From the NCBI GenBank assembly GCA_017410245.1, contig JAFQRE010000042.1, positions 136,536 through 200,535 of the forward strand: a stretch of 64,000 bases of DNA. Reading direction: 5' to 3'. The notes beneath the pieces were generated by a model that was not told where the DNA came from, did no database searches, and saw nothing but the letters and a program-made list of their open reading frames with translations. The translations under genes were made by a program, and so were the position numbers. The stretch comes from Bacteroidaceae bacterium (GTDB lineage: Bacteria > Bacteroidota > Bacteroidia > Bacteroidales > Barnesiellaceae_A). This document shows positions 16,418 to 25,737 of the stretch, one piece after another; positions within the stretch are counted from its first letter, which is position 1, and every line of letters starts with the position of its first letter.

Positions 16418-18322
16418 CTATTCGCACTTAGAAACGTTTACTCCATCGCTTGTAACGATGTGTTCGTCGATGAGTGTGCGCAACACCTCTATAATCTCGG
16501 TGCGAGGGTAATGGCAGTGCTCGGTAATGAAGAGTATTGTGGCACTATTTTTCTTGTGAAGCAGCTGCATTATCTCGGTGCGAATGAGCGATGCGCGGTC
16601 ATTGTTGTGAGTATGGCTGCGTCGGGTACGACACACGTCACAAGTGTTACAATCGGTTGTCGGTTCTTCATCGAAATATCGTAGTAACATAGAGGCACGA
16701 CATGATGTAGCTGTGGCGTAACTTATCATATACTCAATGCGTTCTTTCATGCGTTCCTTGCGATCTTCGTATACGCTGTGCGGAATGACGATATATTTGC
16801 CCTCTACACGACGAACGGGTAGGTAGATGAATGGTGTACGCTTACGGGGGATATAATGCAATACATGCAAGCGAGAGAGCTTTAGAAGTGATTCGTAGAT
16901 GCTCTGTGAGTCTAATTCGAGGCGACTCTGCAACAGCTCCTCGTGTATCATTACATAGTCGGCAAAGAGTCCGGTGTATGAACGTAGCAGGCACTGCAAT
17001 ACACGGTCGCTTACGGGGTCGATATCGGGCAGGTCATATAGCTCATCGCGGCGCATCTCCATCATCACCCTCGATAGCGAGTTGGTTTCCTCTATAAACT
17101 CCAGTGCTCCTGCTTGAGTGAGTATTTCCAAAGCATGTAATGTCTTATTTGTTTGAGTTTTAAATGTTTGGCAGAACTTATTTAAACTAAATTCTCGCAT
17201 CTGTTCGGCCCCTTCGCCAATGGCGAAACCCAGGAAGTTGCAAGCGCGTTCGTATGTGGTGCGTATAAAATCTTTGTCGGGAAAGCTCTCGGTGACACGC
17301 TTGCGTAGTGTTGTCTTATCGCTCTTGGCATATAGTAGCACTGCGTATGAGCGTAGCCCGTCACGTCCGGCGCGTCCAGCCTCTTGGTAGTACTCCTCGG
17401 GTGAGTTGGGCATATCTATATGAACAACGAGTCTCACATCGGGTTTGTCAATACCCATGCCGAAGGCATTGGTAGCTACCATTACACGCACTTCGCCTGT
17501 TGTCCAGCGTAGTTGTCGGTCGTTTTTTTCCTCGGGTGAGAGTCCGGCATGATAGAAGGTGGCTGCTATGCCATAGTGATGCAACTCGCCAGCTATCTCG
17601 CCGGTTCGTTTACGACTGCGCACATATACGATAGCACTGCCTGGTACACGTTCCAATATGTGTATAAGTTGTTGCATTTTGTTTTCGCCCTCACGCACTA
17701 CATACGATATGTTGGGGCGAGCAAAGGTGAGGCGCAGGCGATTTGGGTTGCGCATGTGTAGTTTGTTACAGATGTCATCGGCTACATGTCGTGTGGCCGA
17801 AGCTGTGAGAGCCAGGACGGGTACGCCGGGAAGTTGTTCGCGTAAGGTGGCAATGCTCAAGTAGGAGGGACGGAAGTCGTAGCCCCATTGCGATATGCAG
17901 TGAGCCTCATCTACTACCAGTAGCGATACTTTCATCTCTCGCAGTTTGTTTTGAAACATCTCGGTAGAAAGGCGTTCGGGCGATACGTACAGAAACTTAT
18001 ATGCGCCATTGACGCAGTTTTCAAATGCTACATTACGCTCGCGACGAGTCATGCCCGAGGTTATCATAGCAGCTTTGATACCACGGCGACGCAGGTTATC
18101 TACCTGGTCTTTCATCAGCGCAATGAGTGGCGTAATGACAATGCACACGCCGTCGAGGGCCATAGCCGGTATCTGAAAGGTAAGTGATTTACCTCCGCCG
18201 GTGGCCATTAGGCCCAATGTGTCGCGTCCTGCAAGTACCGATTGTATAATCTTCTCTTGCATGGGCCTGAATGAGTCGTAGCCCCAATATTGGTGTAGTA
18301 TGTCGTGTATTTCCTTGTGCAT
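16418..18322 (-). CDS. recQ: ATP-dependent DNA helicase RecQ
   Basis: 634 aa. Contains WGYDSFRPMQ, Walker A ATGGGKS, the DEAH box VVDEAHCISQWGYDFRPSY, and the RecQ C-terminal Zn cluster CRASMLLRYF...CNTCDVC. Confidence 0.95.
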   Translation of the reverse strand: MHKEIHDILHQYWGYDSFRPMQEKIIQSVLAGRDTLGLMATGGGKSLTFQIPAMALDGVCIVITPLIALMKDQVDNLRRRGIKAAMITSGMTRRERNVAFENCVNGAYKFLYVSPERLSTEMFQNKLREMKVSLLVVDEAHCISQWGYDFRPSYLSIATLREQLPGVPVLALTASATRHVADDICNKLHMRNPNRLRLTFARPNISYVVREGENKMQQLIHILERVPGSAIVYVRSRKRTGEIAGELHHYGIAATFYHAGLSPEEKNDRQLRWTTGEVRVMVATNAFGMGIDKPDVRLVVHIDMPNSPEEYYQEAGRAGRDGLRSYAVLLYAKSDKTTLRKRVTESFPDKDFIRTTYERACNFLGFAIGEGAEQMREFSLNKFCQTFKTQTNKTLHALEILTQAGALEFIEETNSLSRVMMEMRRDELYDLPDIDPVSDRVLQCLLRSYTGLFADYVMIHEELLQSRLELDSQSIYESLLKLSRLHVLHYIPRKRTPFIYLPVRRVEGKYIVIPHSVYEDRKERMKERIEYMISYATATSCRASMLLRYFDEEPTTDCNTCDVCRTRRSHTHNNDRASLIRTEIMQLLHKKNSATILFITEHCHYPRTEIIEVLRTLIDEHIVTSDGVNVSKCE

Positions 18323-18404
18323 TTATGCCTGCTCTTAGTAGGCTGTAAAATTACAAAAATATATTATACATCACTACCTTTTGACTATTAATGTGCTGTG
18401 CAGA

Positions 18405-18442
18405 TAAAACACATCGCGCTGTCCCAGTAGGAACAGCGCGAT
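18405..18442 (-). terminator. intrinsic terminator of the rpsF-rpsR-rplI operon
   Basis: ATCGCGCTGT (18413-18422) pairs with ACAGCGCGAT (18433-18442) around a 10-nt loop. On the minus strand it is followed by GTGTTTTAT. Confidence 0.7.
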
Positions 18443-18480
18443 GGTTGTTTTGTGAAAAGTATTATTAAAAATACTGCTTA

Positions 18481-18936
18481 TTATTCGGCAACTTCTTCAG
18501 CTACAACATCAAATGCGAGCTCGACAGTAACTTCGGGGTGCAATTTGATGATAGCATTGTATGTACCAACTTCTTTGATAGTATCTTTAACGATGATTTT
18601 CTTGCGGTCGATTTCTTGACCGAGATCTGCCAAAGCTTCGGCAACCTTAGCGTTGTTAATACCACCATAGATAGTGCCATTCTCGCTTGCCTTGGCTGTG
18701 ATAACAACCTTGAGCTCGGCAACTGCGGCTGCGATAGCCTCAGCATCAGCTTTGATTTTAGCGAGTTTGTGTGCACGTTGCTTCTTGTTCTCAGCCAATA
18801 CTTTCAACGCCGAGGCAGAAGCGATTACTGCCAAACCTTGGGGGATAAGGTAGTTACGACCGTATCCGTCTTTTACAGTTACAACATCATCTTTGTAGCC
18901 GAGGCTTGCGATATCTTCTTTCAATATAACTTGCAT
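18481..18936 (-). CDS. rplI: 50S ribosomal protein L9
   Basis: 151 aa. MQVILKEDIASLGYKDDVVTVKDGYGRNYLIPQGLAV is the canonical L9 N-terminus. Confidence 0.95.
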   Translation of the reverse strand: MQVILKEDIASLGYKDDVVTVKDGYGRNYLIPQGLAVIASASALKVLAENKKQRAHKLAKIKADAEAIAAAVAELKVVITAKASENGTIYGGINNAKVAEALADLGQEIDRKKIIVKDTIKEVGTYNAIIKLHPEVTVELAFDVVAEEVAE

Positions 18937-18960
18937 GTTATTTTCCTCCTTACGTTAAAA

Positions 18961-19230
18961 TTATTTCATCATATCGGTTACATAGGGAAGCAATGCCAAG
19001 TGGCGTGCTCTTTTCACTGCTTGAGCAATGCGGCGTTGGAACTTCAACGAAGTACCGGTGATACGACGGGGAAGGATTTTGCCTTGCTCGTTCAAGAATT
19101 TCTTCAAGAACTCGGGATCTTTGTAGTCGATATACTTAATACCGTTCTTTTTGAAGCGGCAATATTTTTTCTTTTTGATATCTACCGACGCGGGAGTCAA
19201 ATATCTGATTTCCGATTGTGCTTGTGCCAT
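18961..19230 (-). CDS. rpsR: 30S ribosomal protein S18
   Basis: 89 aa, containing [45 protein letters not shown]. Confidence 0.95.
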   Translation of the reverse strand: MAQAQSEIRYLTPASVDIKKKKYCRFKKNGIKYIDYKDPEFLKKFLNEQGKILPRRITGTSLKFQRRIAQAVKRARHLALLPYVTDMMK

Positions 19231-19233
19231 GTC

Positions 19234-19596
19234 TTAGTTCTCCTTTACTTCTTCGTTAGTAGTTGTGTTTGCTTTTACACCTCTTCTCTTGATGGCGTAC
19301 TCGTGAGCAAATTTGTCTTGCTTGAATGTCAAGAAACGAATTACTCGCTCGTCGCGACGGAAGTTGATCTCGAGAGTCTTAATCAATGTGGGCTCTGCAT
19401 CAAACTCGATAAATGTGTAGAATCCGGTAGATTTCTTCTCGATGGGATAAGCCAATTTGCGCAAGCCCCACTCTTCTTTGTTGATGATTGCTGCACCATT
19501 GTCGGTGAGAATCTTCTCAAACTTTTCTACCGCTTCCTTCATCTGCTCTGCAGACAAAACGGGAGTTAAAATGAAAACGGTTTCGTAGTGATTCAT
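19234..19596 (-). CDS. rpsF: 30S ribosomal protein S6
   Basis: 120 aa starting [15 protein letters not shown]. Gene order S6-S18-L9. Confidence 0.95.
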   Translation of the reverse strand: MNHYETVFILTPVLSAEQMKEAVEKFEKILTDNGAAIINKEEWGLRKLAYPIEKKSTGFYTFIEFDAEPTLIKTLEINFRRDERVIRFLTFKQDKFAHEYAIKRRGVKANTTTNEEVKEN

Positions 19597-19640
19597 ACTG
19601 TTTTTAATTATAAGTTTATTGGTTTTGCAAAATTGCGGTG

Positions 19641-19648
19641 CAAAGATA
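19641..19648 (-). promoter_or_regulatory. Bacteroidetes-type -7 promoter box (TATCTTTG) for the rpsF operon
   Basis: The minus strand reads TATCTTTG, matching TAnnTTTG, about 45 nt upstream of the rpsF ATG. Confidence 0.5.
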
Positions 19649-19856
19649 CTTATTTTTCATATACCGGGCAAATTTTTGAGCTACTATTTTTCTTCGTTGT
19701 TTATTTAATTATTAGAAAAAGAACTCTGTGTTTGTGGCAATTATGAGAAGTTTTGCTAAATTTGCACAATAGAGTTTTTATGTTGTTGTTGCATTGTGCG
19801 CATCGTTATTGCGTTATTGCACTCTTTTCACCGGCTTATTATAGGAGAGCGAAGTT

Positions 19857-20327
19857 ATGAATATACCTGAAAAAAACGAGATTGATCGTGCTTCTTGTGG
19901 AGATGTGAAGAGTAAGCATTCTATAGCACCTTCTGTGCTTGTTATTCACCCTTCGGGACAAGTCGATTTTGTGGAAGCCGATGTGTCGGTTATGTCATCT
20001 CAAGAAATGGCTCGGCTCATCGATACCTTTGGTGTCGATGCTGTACACTATTCAGGCCCGCTTGCCAATGTTACCAAAGCGTGCCAATTGGAACGGCAGG
20101 TTACAATGTATGTCGATAAGTATAGCGCGTTTAAGAGTCTCGATGATAATGCGGTAGCTACCACACTATATGGCCAATCCGATGAGGTGAGAGGTGCTGT
20201 CATTATAGCCCTGGAAGATGACAAGTACGATACCTATTCGTTTGATACCAAGGAGGATATAGAGCGTATTTTTGAGGCTATCAGTAAGATGACCGGAGGC
20301 CTTGCAAGAAGTTCGCATCATGAGTAA
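19857..20327 (+). CDS. hypothetical protein (156 aa)
   Basis: Track ORF. Its end overlaps the next gene by 8 nt. Confidence 0.5.
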   Translation: MNIPEKNEIDRASCGDVKSKHSIAPSVLVIHPSGQVDFVEADVSVMSSQEMARLIDTFGVDAVHYSGPLANVTKACQLERQVTMYVDKYSAFKSLDDNAVATTLYGQSDEVRGAVIIALEDDKYDTYSFDTKEDIERIFEAISKMTGGLARSSHHE

Positions 20328-20874
20328 TATTACAACTCAAATACTCACAGCCACGATAGCTACCCCTGTTTATGTGGACCATTATCGCGATGCCGATCGC
20401 ATAGCTACTCTATGTCGCACCTGTTCTCAGTATGGTCGCAGTTGGGGGTGTCCGCCGTTTGAGTATGATGTGTTAAGTCGGTTGCAAGCCTACAATCAAG
20501 TACTGATTGTTGCCATGAAAGTTACACCCGCGATGTCGGGCCTCACATGGAAAGAGGTGGATACTCTTCTAAGACCTCACCGAAAGGCGTTCGATGCACG
20601 ACTCTTGGTTCTTGAACAACAATATGGAGGGCTTGCCTGTCATGCGGGCAGTTGCATATCTTGTGCCGATGGCGAGTGTGCCCGTCTATGCAACAAGCCA
20701 TGTCGTCACGAGCAACTCATGCGACCCTCGCTCGAAGCCTATGGATTTGATATAGAAAAGACCATGTCGCAAATTTTCAATTTGCCACTGCAATGGCCGG
20801 CTCATAACCAATGTCCCGAATACTTAGTATATGTAGGAGCTCTATTCCACAATGCCCACGATGTTGAGTGGTAG
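20320..20874 (+). CDS. Cys-rich metal-binding protein (DUF2284-like)
   Basis: The first ATG is at 20320 (the track start 20302 is TTG). CRTCSQYGRSWGCPP plus the later CHAGSCISCADGECARLCNKPC cluster match my recollection of DUF2284. Confidence 0.55.
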   Translation: MSNITTQILTATIATPVYVDHYRDADRIATLCRTCSQYGRSWGCPPFEYDVLSRLQAYNQVLIVAMKVTPAMSGLTWKEVDTLLRPHRKAFDARLLVLEQQYGGLACHAGSCISCADGECARLCNKPCRHEQLMRPSLEAYGFDIEKTMSQIFNLPLQWPAHNQCPEYLVYVGALFHNAHDVEW

Positions 20875-20906
20875 GGGTATTGTAGCGATAGTTATATCTT
20901 CTTTCT

Positions 20907-21707
20907 CTATTTGCTCCGTAATTGCCAGAAGGCTACTGCAGCTGCGGCTGCTACGTTGAGCGAATCTACTCCATGCGCCATAGGTATGCGCGCCACATAG
21001 TCGGCATCGGCAATAACTCGGTCGGCAAGTCCATCGCCCTCAGTTCCCATGATGATTGCCAAACGAGGCTCTTTGTTGAGTGCTTCGTCGTCTATCGATA
21101 CCGAGTTGTCGCTGAGTGCCATAGCAACGGTTTTGAAGCCCAATTTGCGTAGCGAACTTATGGGAGTATCTATCCATGTCCAAGGTACCAAGAATACCGA
21201 TCCCATCGACACTCGTACTGCACGACGGTTGAGGGGGTCGCACGATGTAGGGGTGAGTAGTACGGCATCGATACCCAATGCTGCTGCCGAACGAAATATA
21301 GCACCTATGTTGGTGGTATCTACCACGCCATCTACCACTACGATGCGTCTTGCATTGCTACACACATCGGCTACCGATGGAGGATTGGGCCTGCGCATGG
21401 CACACAACACGCCTCGCGTGAGGGTGTATCCTGTGAGCGAAGCCAGCAAGTCACGCTCGCCGGTGTAGACGGGTATGTCACCACAACGAGTCACTATGTC
21501 GGCAGCATCGCCTGTGATATGCTTCTCCTCACACAGCAGTGCCAATGGCTCATATCCTGCAGCGAGTGCCACCCTTATCACTTTGGGACTTTCGGCTATA
21601 AATACACCTCGTTGAGGGTCTAATCGGTTGCGCAATTGTGCCTCGGTAAGGGTTGCAAATACCTCTACTCCGGGTTGTGTCAGTGATGTTATCTCTATAA
21701 TGGGCAT
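20907..21707 (-). CDS. TrmH/SpoU-family RNA 2'-O-methyltransferase
   Basis: 266 aa. SpoU motifs: VVVDGVVDTTNIGAIFRSAAALG, AIIMGTEGDGL, IPMAHGVDSLNVAAAAAV. Confidence 0.85.
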   Translation of the reverse strand: MPIIEITSLTQPGVEVFATLTEAQLRNRLDPQRGVFIAESPKVIRVALAAGYEPLALLCEEKHITGDAADIVTRCGDIPVYTGERDLLASLTGYTLTRGVLCAMRRPNPPSVADVCSNARRIVVVDGVVDTTNIGAIFRSAAALGIDAVLLTPTSCDPLNRRAVRVSMGSVFLVPWTWIDTPISSLRKLGFKTVAMALSDNSVSIDDEALNKEPRLAIIMGTEGDGLADRVIADADYVARIPMAHGVDSLNVAAAAAVAFWQLRSK

Positions 21708-21740
21708 GGATTATATCTATATATGGTAGCGACCATAGTT

Positions 21741-22988
21741 TTACTCAAATTTTATCGACTTGGCCGGTCGTATAAGCGCCACAATATACGAGGGGCCAAG
21801 GAGCATCAACATCGATACAACAAGGCTTGCAATGTTGAGCAAGAGTATATACCATAGATTGAGTTCTATGGGTACATAAGGTATGTAGTAGGCATCGGGG
21901 TTGAGCTTGAGTATGTGGAAGTGCTGTTGTAACAGGCATATAGTTATACCTACTACATTGCCCCATAGCAGACCACGACCTACAAGATATACTGCTACGT
22001 TGAGGAAGGTGCGTCGTATAGAACGGTTGCTTGCGCCCAATGCCTTCAGTGTACCTATCATGGAGGTATTCTCGAGTATGATGATGAGCAGTCCCGATAT
22101 CATGGTAAATCCGGCTACTGCAGCCATGAGTATGAGTATTGTCCATACATTCATGTCAAGCAGACTCAACCAACCGAAAAAGACCGGATTGAGTTGGCGA
22201 ACCGATTGGGTGTAATAGTGTGCTCCATAGAAATCGGGTTTAATCATCAATTGTTGATATAGGGCCGATGTTACCTCGTCGAGTTTGTCAAAGTTGTGTA
22301 GTCGCAACTCTATACCACTATATTGGTCGGGAGCCCAGCGGTTTATTTGTTGTATCTGTTCGGCATCGCCCAATACAAATAGGTTGTCATAGTCGGCCAA
22401 GTCGGTTTTATATATACCCACTACATTCAACTTTCGAGCACGAGCACGTTCGCCATCAACAAAATAGGCCAATACACCATCACCCACCGATAGTTGCAGT
22501 TTCGATGCAATAGGTTGCGACACAAGTATATCGGTCGAAGCGGCTGAGTCGGAGAGGTGCGGTATGACACCCTCAACTAAGTGTTGCTTGTAGAAACTCC
22601 AATCATAGTCGTTCATCACGCCTTTGAATACCACGCCCATATAGTGATTGTCGGTTTTGAATATGCCAGGTTTGGTTGCAAAGGGCTCGATGCGTGCTAC
22701 ATTGGCATTGGCTCTCAGTAGGCTGTCGATATAGGGGGAGTATTGTATGGGAGGCGTTTCGTAAGATGTGTTGCTCGAAAAAGCCGATATGCGCACATGA
22801 GAGCCGAAGCCTACAACCTTGTTGCGTATCTCGTTCTTGAAGCCTATAACAATGGCTACCGACAATATCATAACTGCCAGACCAATAGCCACACCAGCCA
22901 CCGCCAACCGTACAGCCGGTGGCGATACTTCGCGACTCTTATCCTTATCGAAATAGATGCGACGTGCTATGAATGACTCCCAACTCAT
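21741..22988 (-). CDS. ABC transporter permease, FtsX/LolE-like
   Basis: ATG at 22988 (the track start 23000 is TTG). The architecture is an N-terminal TM, a periplasmic domain and a C-terminal FtsX 3-TM bundle. FIARRIYF is a typical LolC/E start. Confidence 0.8.
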   Translation of the reverse strand: MSWESFIARRIYFDKDKSREVSPPAVRLAVAGVAIGLAVMILSVAIVIGFKNEIRNKVVGFGSHVRISAFSSNTSYETPPIQYSPYIDSLLRANANVARIEPFATKPGIFKTDNHYMGVVFKGVMNDYDWSFYKQHLVEGVIPHLSDSAASTDILVSQPIASKLQLSVGDGVLAYFVDGERARARKLNVVGIYKTDLADYDNLFVLGDAEQIQQINRWAPDQYSGIELRLHNFDKLDEVTSALYQQLMIKPDFYGAHYYTQSVRQLNPVFFGWLSLLDMNVWTILILMAAVAGFTMISGLLIIILENTSMIGTLKALGASNRSIRRTFLNVAVYLVGRGLLWGNVVGITICLLQQHFHILKLNPDAYYIPYVPIELNLWYILLLNIASLVVSMLMLLGPSYIVALIRPAKSIKFE

Positions 22989-23144
22989 AATTGCCGACAA
23001 AGTTACAGAAAAGTTTTGGATTGAGATATATTGATGTGCCCCAATGGTTGTTTCCTATGGGACGTGTTGGAGTTAAATAGATAATAAACAAGTCTCTCGC
23101 TGTGAAACTATGAAATAATCTTTGTGTTTTTGTTTTATTATTTA

Positions 23145-23152
23145 TATATTTG
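23145..23152 (+). promoter_or_regulatory. -7 promoter box TATATTTG upstream of the LRR gene
   Basis: Matches TAnnTTTG, 54 nt upstream of the ATG at 23206. Confidence 0.4.
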
Positions 23153-23205
23153 TCATTCGTTTATTTCGATAGTACTCAGATAAATAACTATAATATTCTG
23201 TTATA

Positions 23206-23382
23206 ATGAAAGCAATCTTTAGGCTATTATTCATCATGGCTTTGTCACTGACTTTTTGTTTGGCGGTTTATGCCCATGATTTTGAGGTTGATGGTATTTA
23301 CTATGAAAATACTTCTTACGGCGAAGCCGGCGTAACATATCGAGGCTCGTCAAATGCCGATTATGCAAATGTCATAGCCTGA
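23206..23382 (+). pseudogene. detached 5' fragment of the BspA-like LRR gene (signal peptide + first motif, 58 aa)
   Basis: Hand-translated: MKAIFRLLFIMALSLTFCLAVYAHDFEVDGIYYENTSYGEAGVTYRGSSNADYANVIA. It ends at TGA 23380-23382, which overlaps the ATG of the main ORF in a different frame. Confidence 0.5.
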
Positions 23383-25655
23383 TGACGGTAAACTACAATG
23401 CTGTAGATTGTAGCAAGGAGCTGGGCGATGATATATTTAAGTCATGCGGTAGCTTGACGGAGGTAAATATAGGAGATGAAGTGCTTGTGATACCGCGACG
23501 ATTGTTCTACAACTGTAGTAGTATCAATGACTTATCGATGGGTCGTAGTGTGACTGAAATTCATGATAATGCTTTTTATGGTACTTCTATTGCCAATGTA
23601 ACTCTACCCGAGACACTCATAACGATAGAGAATGGTGCTTTTGCTGCCACCAACCTCACTGAGATTACCATTCCTTGTAATGTTACAACTATAGGTAAGG
23701 CTTTCAGTGCGTGTGATAGACTCTCCACTCTCAATTATAATGCTATACATTGTACCGAGTATGCCATGAACAATACTATAGAGATACTCAATATAGGTGG
23801 TATGGTAAAAGTGTTGCCCGAAAAATTGGTGGCCGACTGTGAGAAACTTCGCAATGTGACAATACCCGAGAGTGTCACCGAAATTTCGTTTAGAGCATTC
23901 AAGGACTGTAAGGGACTTACCGAGTTAGCCATTCCGAGTAGTATTGTCAGTATAGATAGTGAGGCATTTAGAGGTTGCAGTGGATTGGAAAAAATTGTAG
24001 TTGATGAGGCTAATACAATCTATGATTCACGAAACAACTGCAACGCCATCATAGAGACTCAAACCAATAAATTGTTGATAGGTTGTAAAGAAACTATCAT
24101 TCCCGAGGATATAGTGACAATTGGCACCTGTGCCTTTGCCGATTGTACTACACTCACAGCCATAACTGTACCTAATAGCGTCACTCAGATTGATGGAAAC
24201 GCTTTTTCGGGTTGTACCGGTCTTACGGAGTTTACAATTCCTCAGAATATCAAGCAGATAAAGATTAATGCATTTCAGAATTGTTCCAATATGGCTATTC
24301 TCTATTATAATGCAGAGAGTTGCGAGGCTTCAGATGGATTTGAAAATTGTTACTTCATCAAAAAAGCATATATCGGCGACTCGGTGAAAACACTTCCTAA
24401 GTCTCTATTTGAGAAGTGTAGTGGCTTGACCGATGTGATTTTTGGAAAAAATGTTACAGAAATAGGTGCTTCGGTATTTTATCAATGTACGAGCCTAACC
24501 AATGTAGTGTTGCCCGAAGGGTTGAAAGTATTGTCAGAGCAGACATTCTATGGCTGTTCGAGTTTGCCCACAGTCATTTTGCCCGAGGGAATGACCGAAA
24601 TAGGTGTCAATGCATTTTATAAATGTACCAACCTCAAGACTATCTCTTTGCCAAGTACGCTGACCGAGTTGGGCAAAGGTGCATTCTATGAGTGTAAAAA
24701 CTTGAGTTCTATATCTTTGCCCGAAGGTATAACGACCTTGAAGTCTAAAACTTTCTATAATTGTGCAACACTGTCTGCTGTAGTGTTGCCCGGTGGACTC
24801 ACAACGATAGAAGATGCAGTATTTTATAACTCGAAGAATATGGCTGAGATAAAAATATCGGCTGCCATACCTCCTGTTATACAATCCAATACGTTCAGGA
24901 ATGTAGTTAAAACAATACCTCTGTATGTGCCCAAGGGTAGTAAGGAGGCTTACCAATCGGCTCAGTATTGGAGCGAATTTACCAATATTATAGAGATGAA
25001 TATACAGCCTGCATCGTTAATGCTCGATAGTCATGAGTTGAGCATGTATGTAGCACAACAAGCACAACTCACAGCAACAGTATTACCCGAGAGTACTTTG
25101 GTAACACCATTGTTGTGGAGCTCTTCTGATGATGCAATTGCAACGGTTGATGATGCCGGAGTTGTTACGGCTCACAAGGAGGGTAGTGCTGTTATCACTG
25201 TTGCTACTACCGATGGCAGCAATTTGTGTGACTCATGCAGGGTGACGGTCAATCCTAAATTGGTAGAAACAATAGCACTGGATAAAGAAAATGTTGTAGC
25301 TATTGTTGGCGATACAGTGACAATTACGGCAACTATCAATCCGCAAGATGCCACCGACCAAAGGTTGTTGTGGGAGGTCTCAGATGCTACCGTGGTGGAT
25401 ATGGAGATACTCACTGATGTAAGTGTGCAGGTAGTAATACTACGTGAAGGTGTTGCTACTATTACAGCCCGCACTATAGATGGCAGTAACCTCAGTGCCT
25501 GCTGCAATATAAATATATATTCGGGTATAAACAATGCTACAACCGATACACAAGAAGTTGAGTATTACGATTTGAGTGGTCGCCACGTGTTACACCCCGA
25601 GCATGGAGTGTATATAGTCAGGAGTGGCGGTGTGGTGCGCAAGGTAGTGTTGTAG
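23382..25655 (+). CDS. BspA-like leucine-rich-repeat surface protein with Big_2-like domains and T9SS C-terminal sorting domain (lacks its own signal peptide)
   Basis: 757 aa. Many ~23-aa repeats of the form IP.SVt.Ig..AF..C..L. Two Ig-like segments are present (SSSDDAIATVDDAGVVTAHKEGSAVITV; VSDATVVDM...GVATITA). The tail is EYYDLSGRHVLHPEHGVYIVRSGGVVRKVVL. Confidence 0.8.
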   Translation: MTVNYNAVDCSKELGDDIFKSCGSLTEVNIGDEVLVIPRRLFYNCSSINDLSMGRSVTEIHDNAFYGTSIANVTLPETLITIENGAFAATNLTEITIPCNVTTIGKAFSACDRLSTLNYNAIHCTEYAMNNTIEILNIGGMVKVLPEKLVADCEKLRNVTIPESVTEISFRAFKDCKGLTELAIPSSIVSIDSEAFRGCSGLEKIVVDEANTIYDSRNNCNAIIETQTNKLLIGCKETIIPEDIVTIGTCAFADCTTLTAITVPNSVTQIDGNAFSGCTGLTEFTIPQNIKQIKINAFQNCSNMAILYYNAESCEASDGFENCYFIKKAYIGDSVKTLPKSLFEKCSGLTDVIFGKNVTEIGASVFYQCTSLTNVVLPEGLKVLSEQTFYGCSSLPTVILPEGMTEIGVNAFYKCTNLKTISLPSTLTELGKGAFYECKNLSSISLPEGITTLKSKTFYNCATLSAVVLPGGLTTIEDAVFYNSKNMAEIKISAAIPPVIQSNTFRNVVKTIPLYVPKGSKEAYQSAQYWSEFTNIIEMNIQPASLMLDSHELSMYVAQQAQLTATVLPESTLVTPLLWSSSDDAIATVDDAGVVTAHKEGSAVITVATTDGSNLCDSCRVTVNPKLVETIALDKENVVAIVGDTVTITATINPQDATDQRLLWEVSDATVVDMEILTDVSVQVVILREGVATITARTIDGSNLSACCNINIYSGINNATTDTQEVEYYDLSGRHVLHPEHGVYIVRSGGVVRKVVL

Positions 25656-25667
25656 AAATGTATATAG

Positions 25668-25713
25668 AGAAAGCGAGGGTATCAACAATGCATACTTGAT
25701 ACCCTCGCTTTCT
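25668..25713. terminator. bidirectional intrinsic terminator (LRR gene / ABC-F gene)
   Basis: A perfect 18-bp stem, AGAAAGCGAGGGTATCAA / TTGATACCCTCGCTTTCT, with a 10-nt loop, followed by GTTTTATGATTTT. Confidence 0.75.
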
Positions 25714-25737
25714 GTTTTATGATTTTAGTTTGCGTTC

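Noticed and set aside
18538-19569. 343-aa plus-strand ORF spanning the rplI-rpsR-rpsF region
   Set aside because: It is antisense to three highly conserved ribosomal protein genes. Its composition is Cys/Phe/Leu-rich with no motifs. This is a classic shadow ORF.
23377-23384. Programmed -1 ribosomal frameshift joining the signal-peptide ORF to the LRR ORF
   Set aside because: There is no slippery X-XXY-YYZ heptamer (the sequence is A-GCC-TGA-TG) and no obvious downstream structure. An indel or pseudogenisation is more parsimonious.
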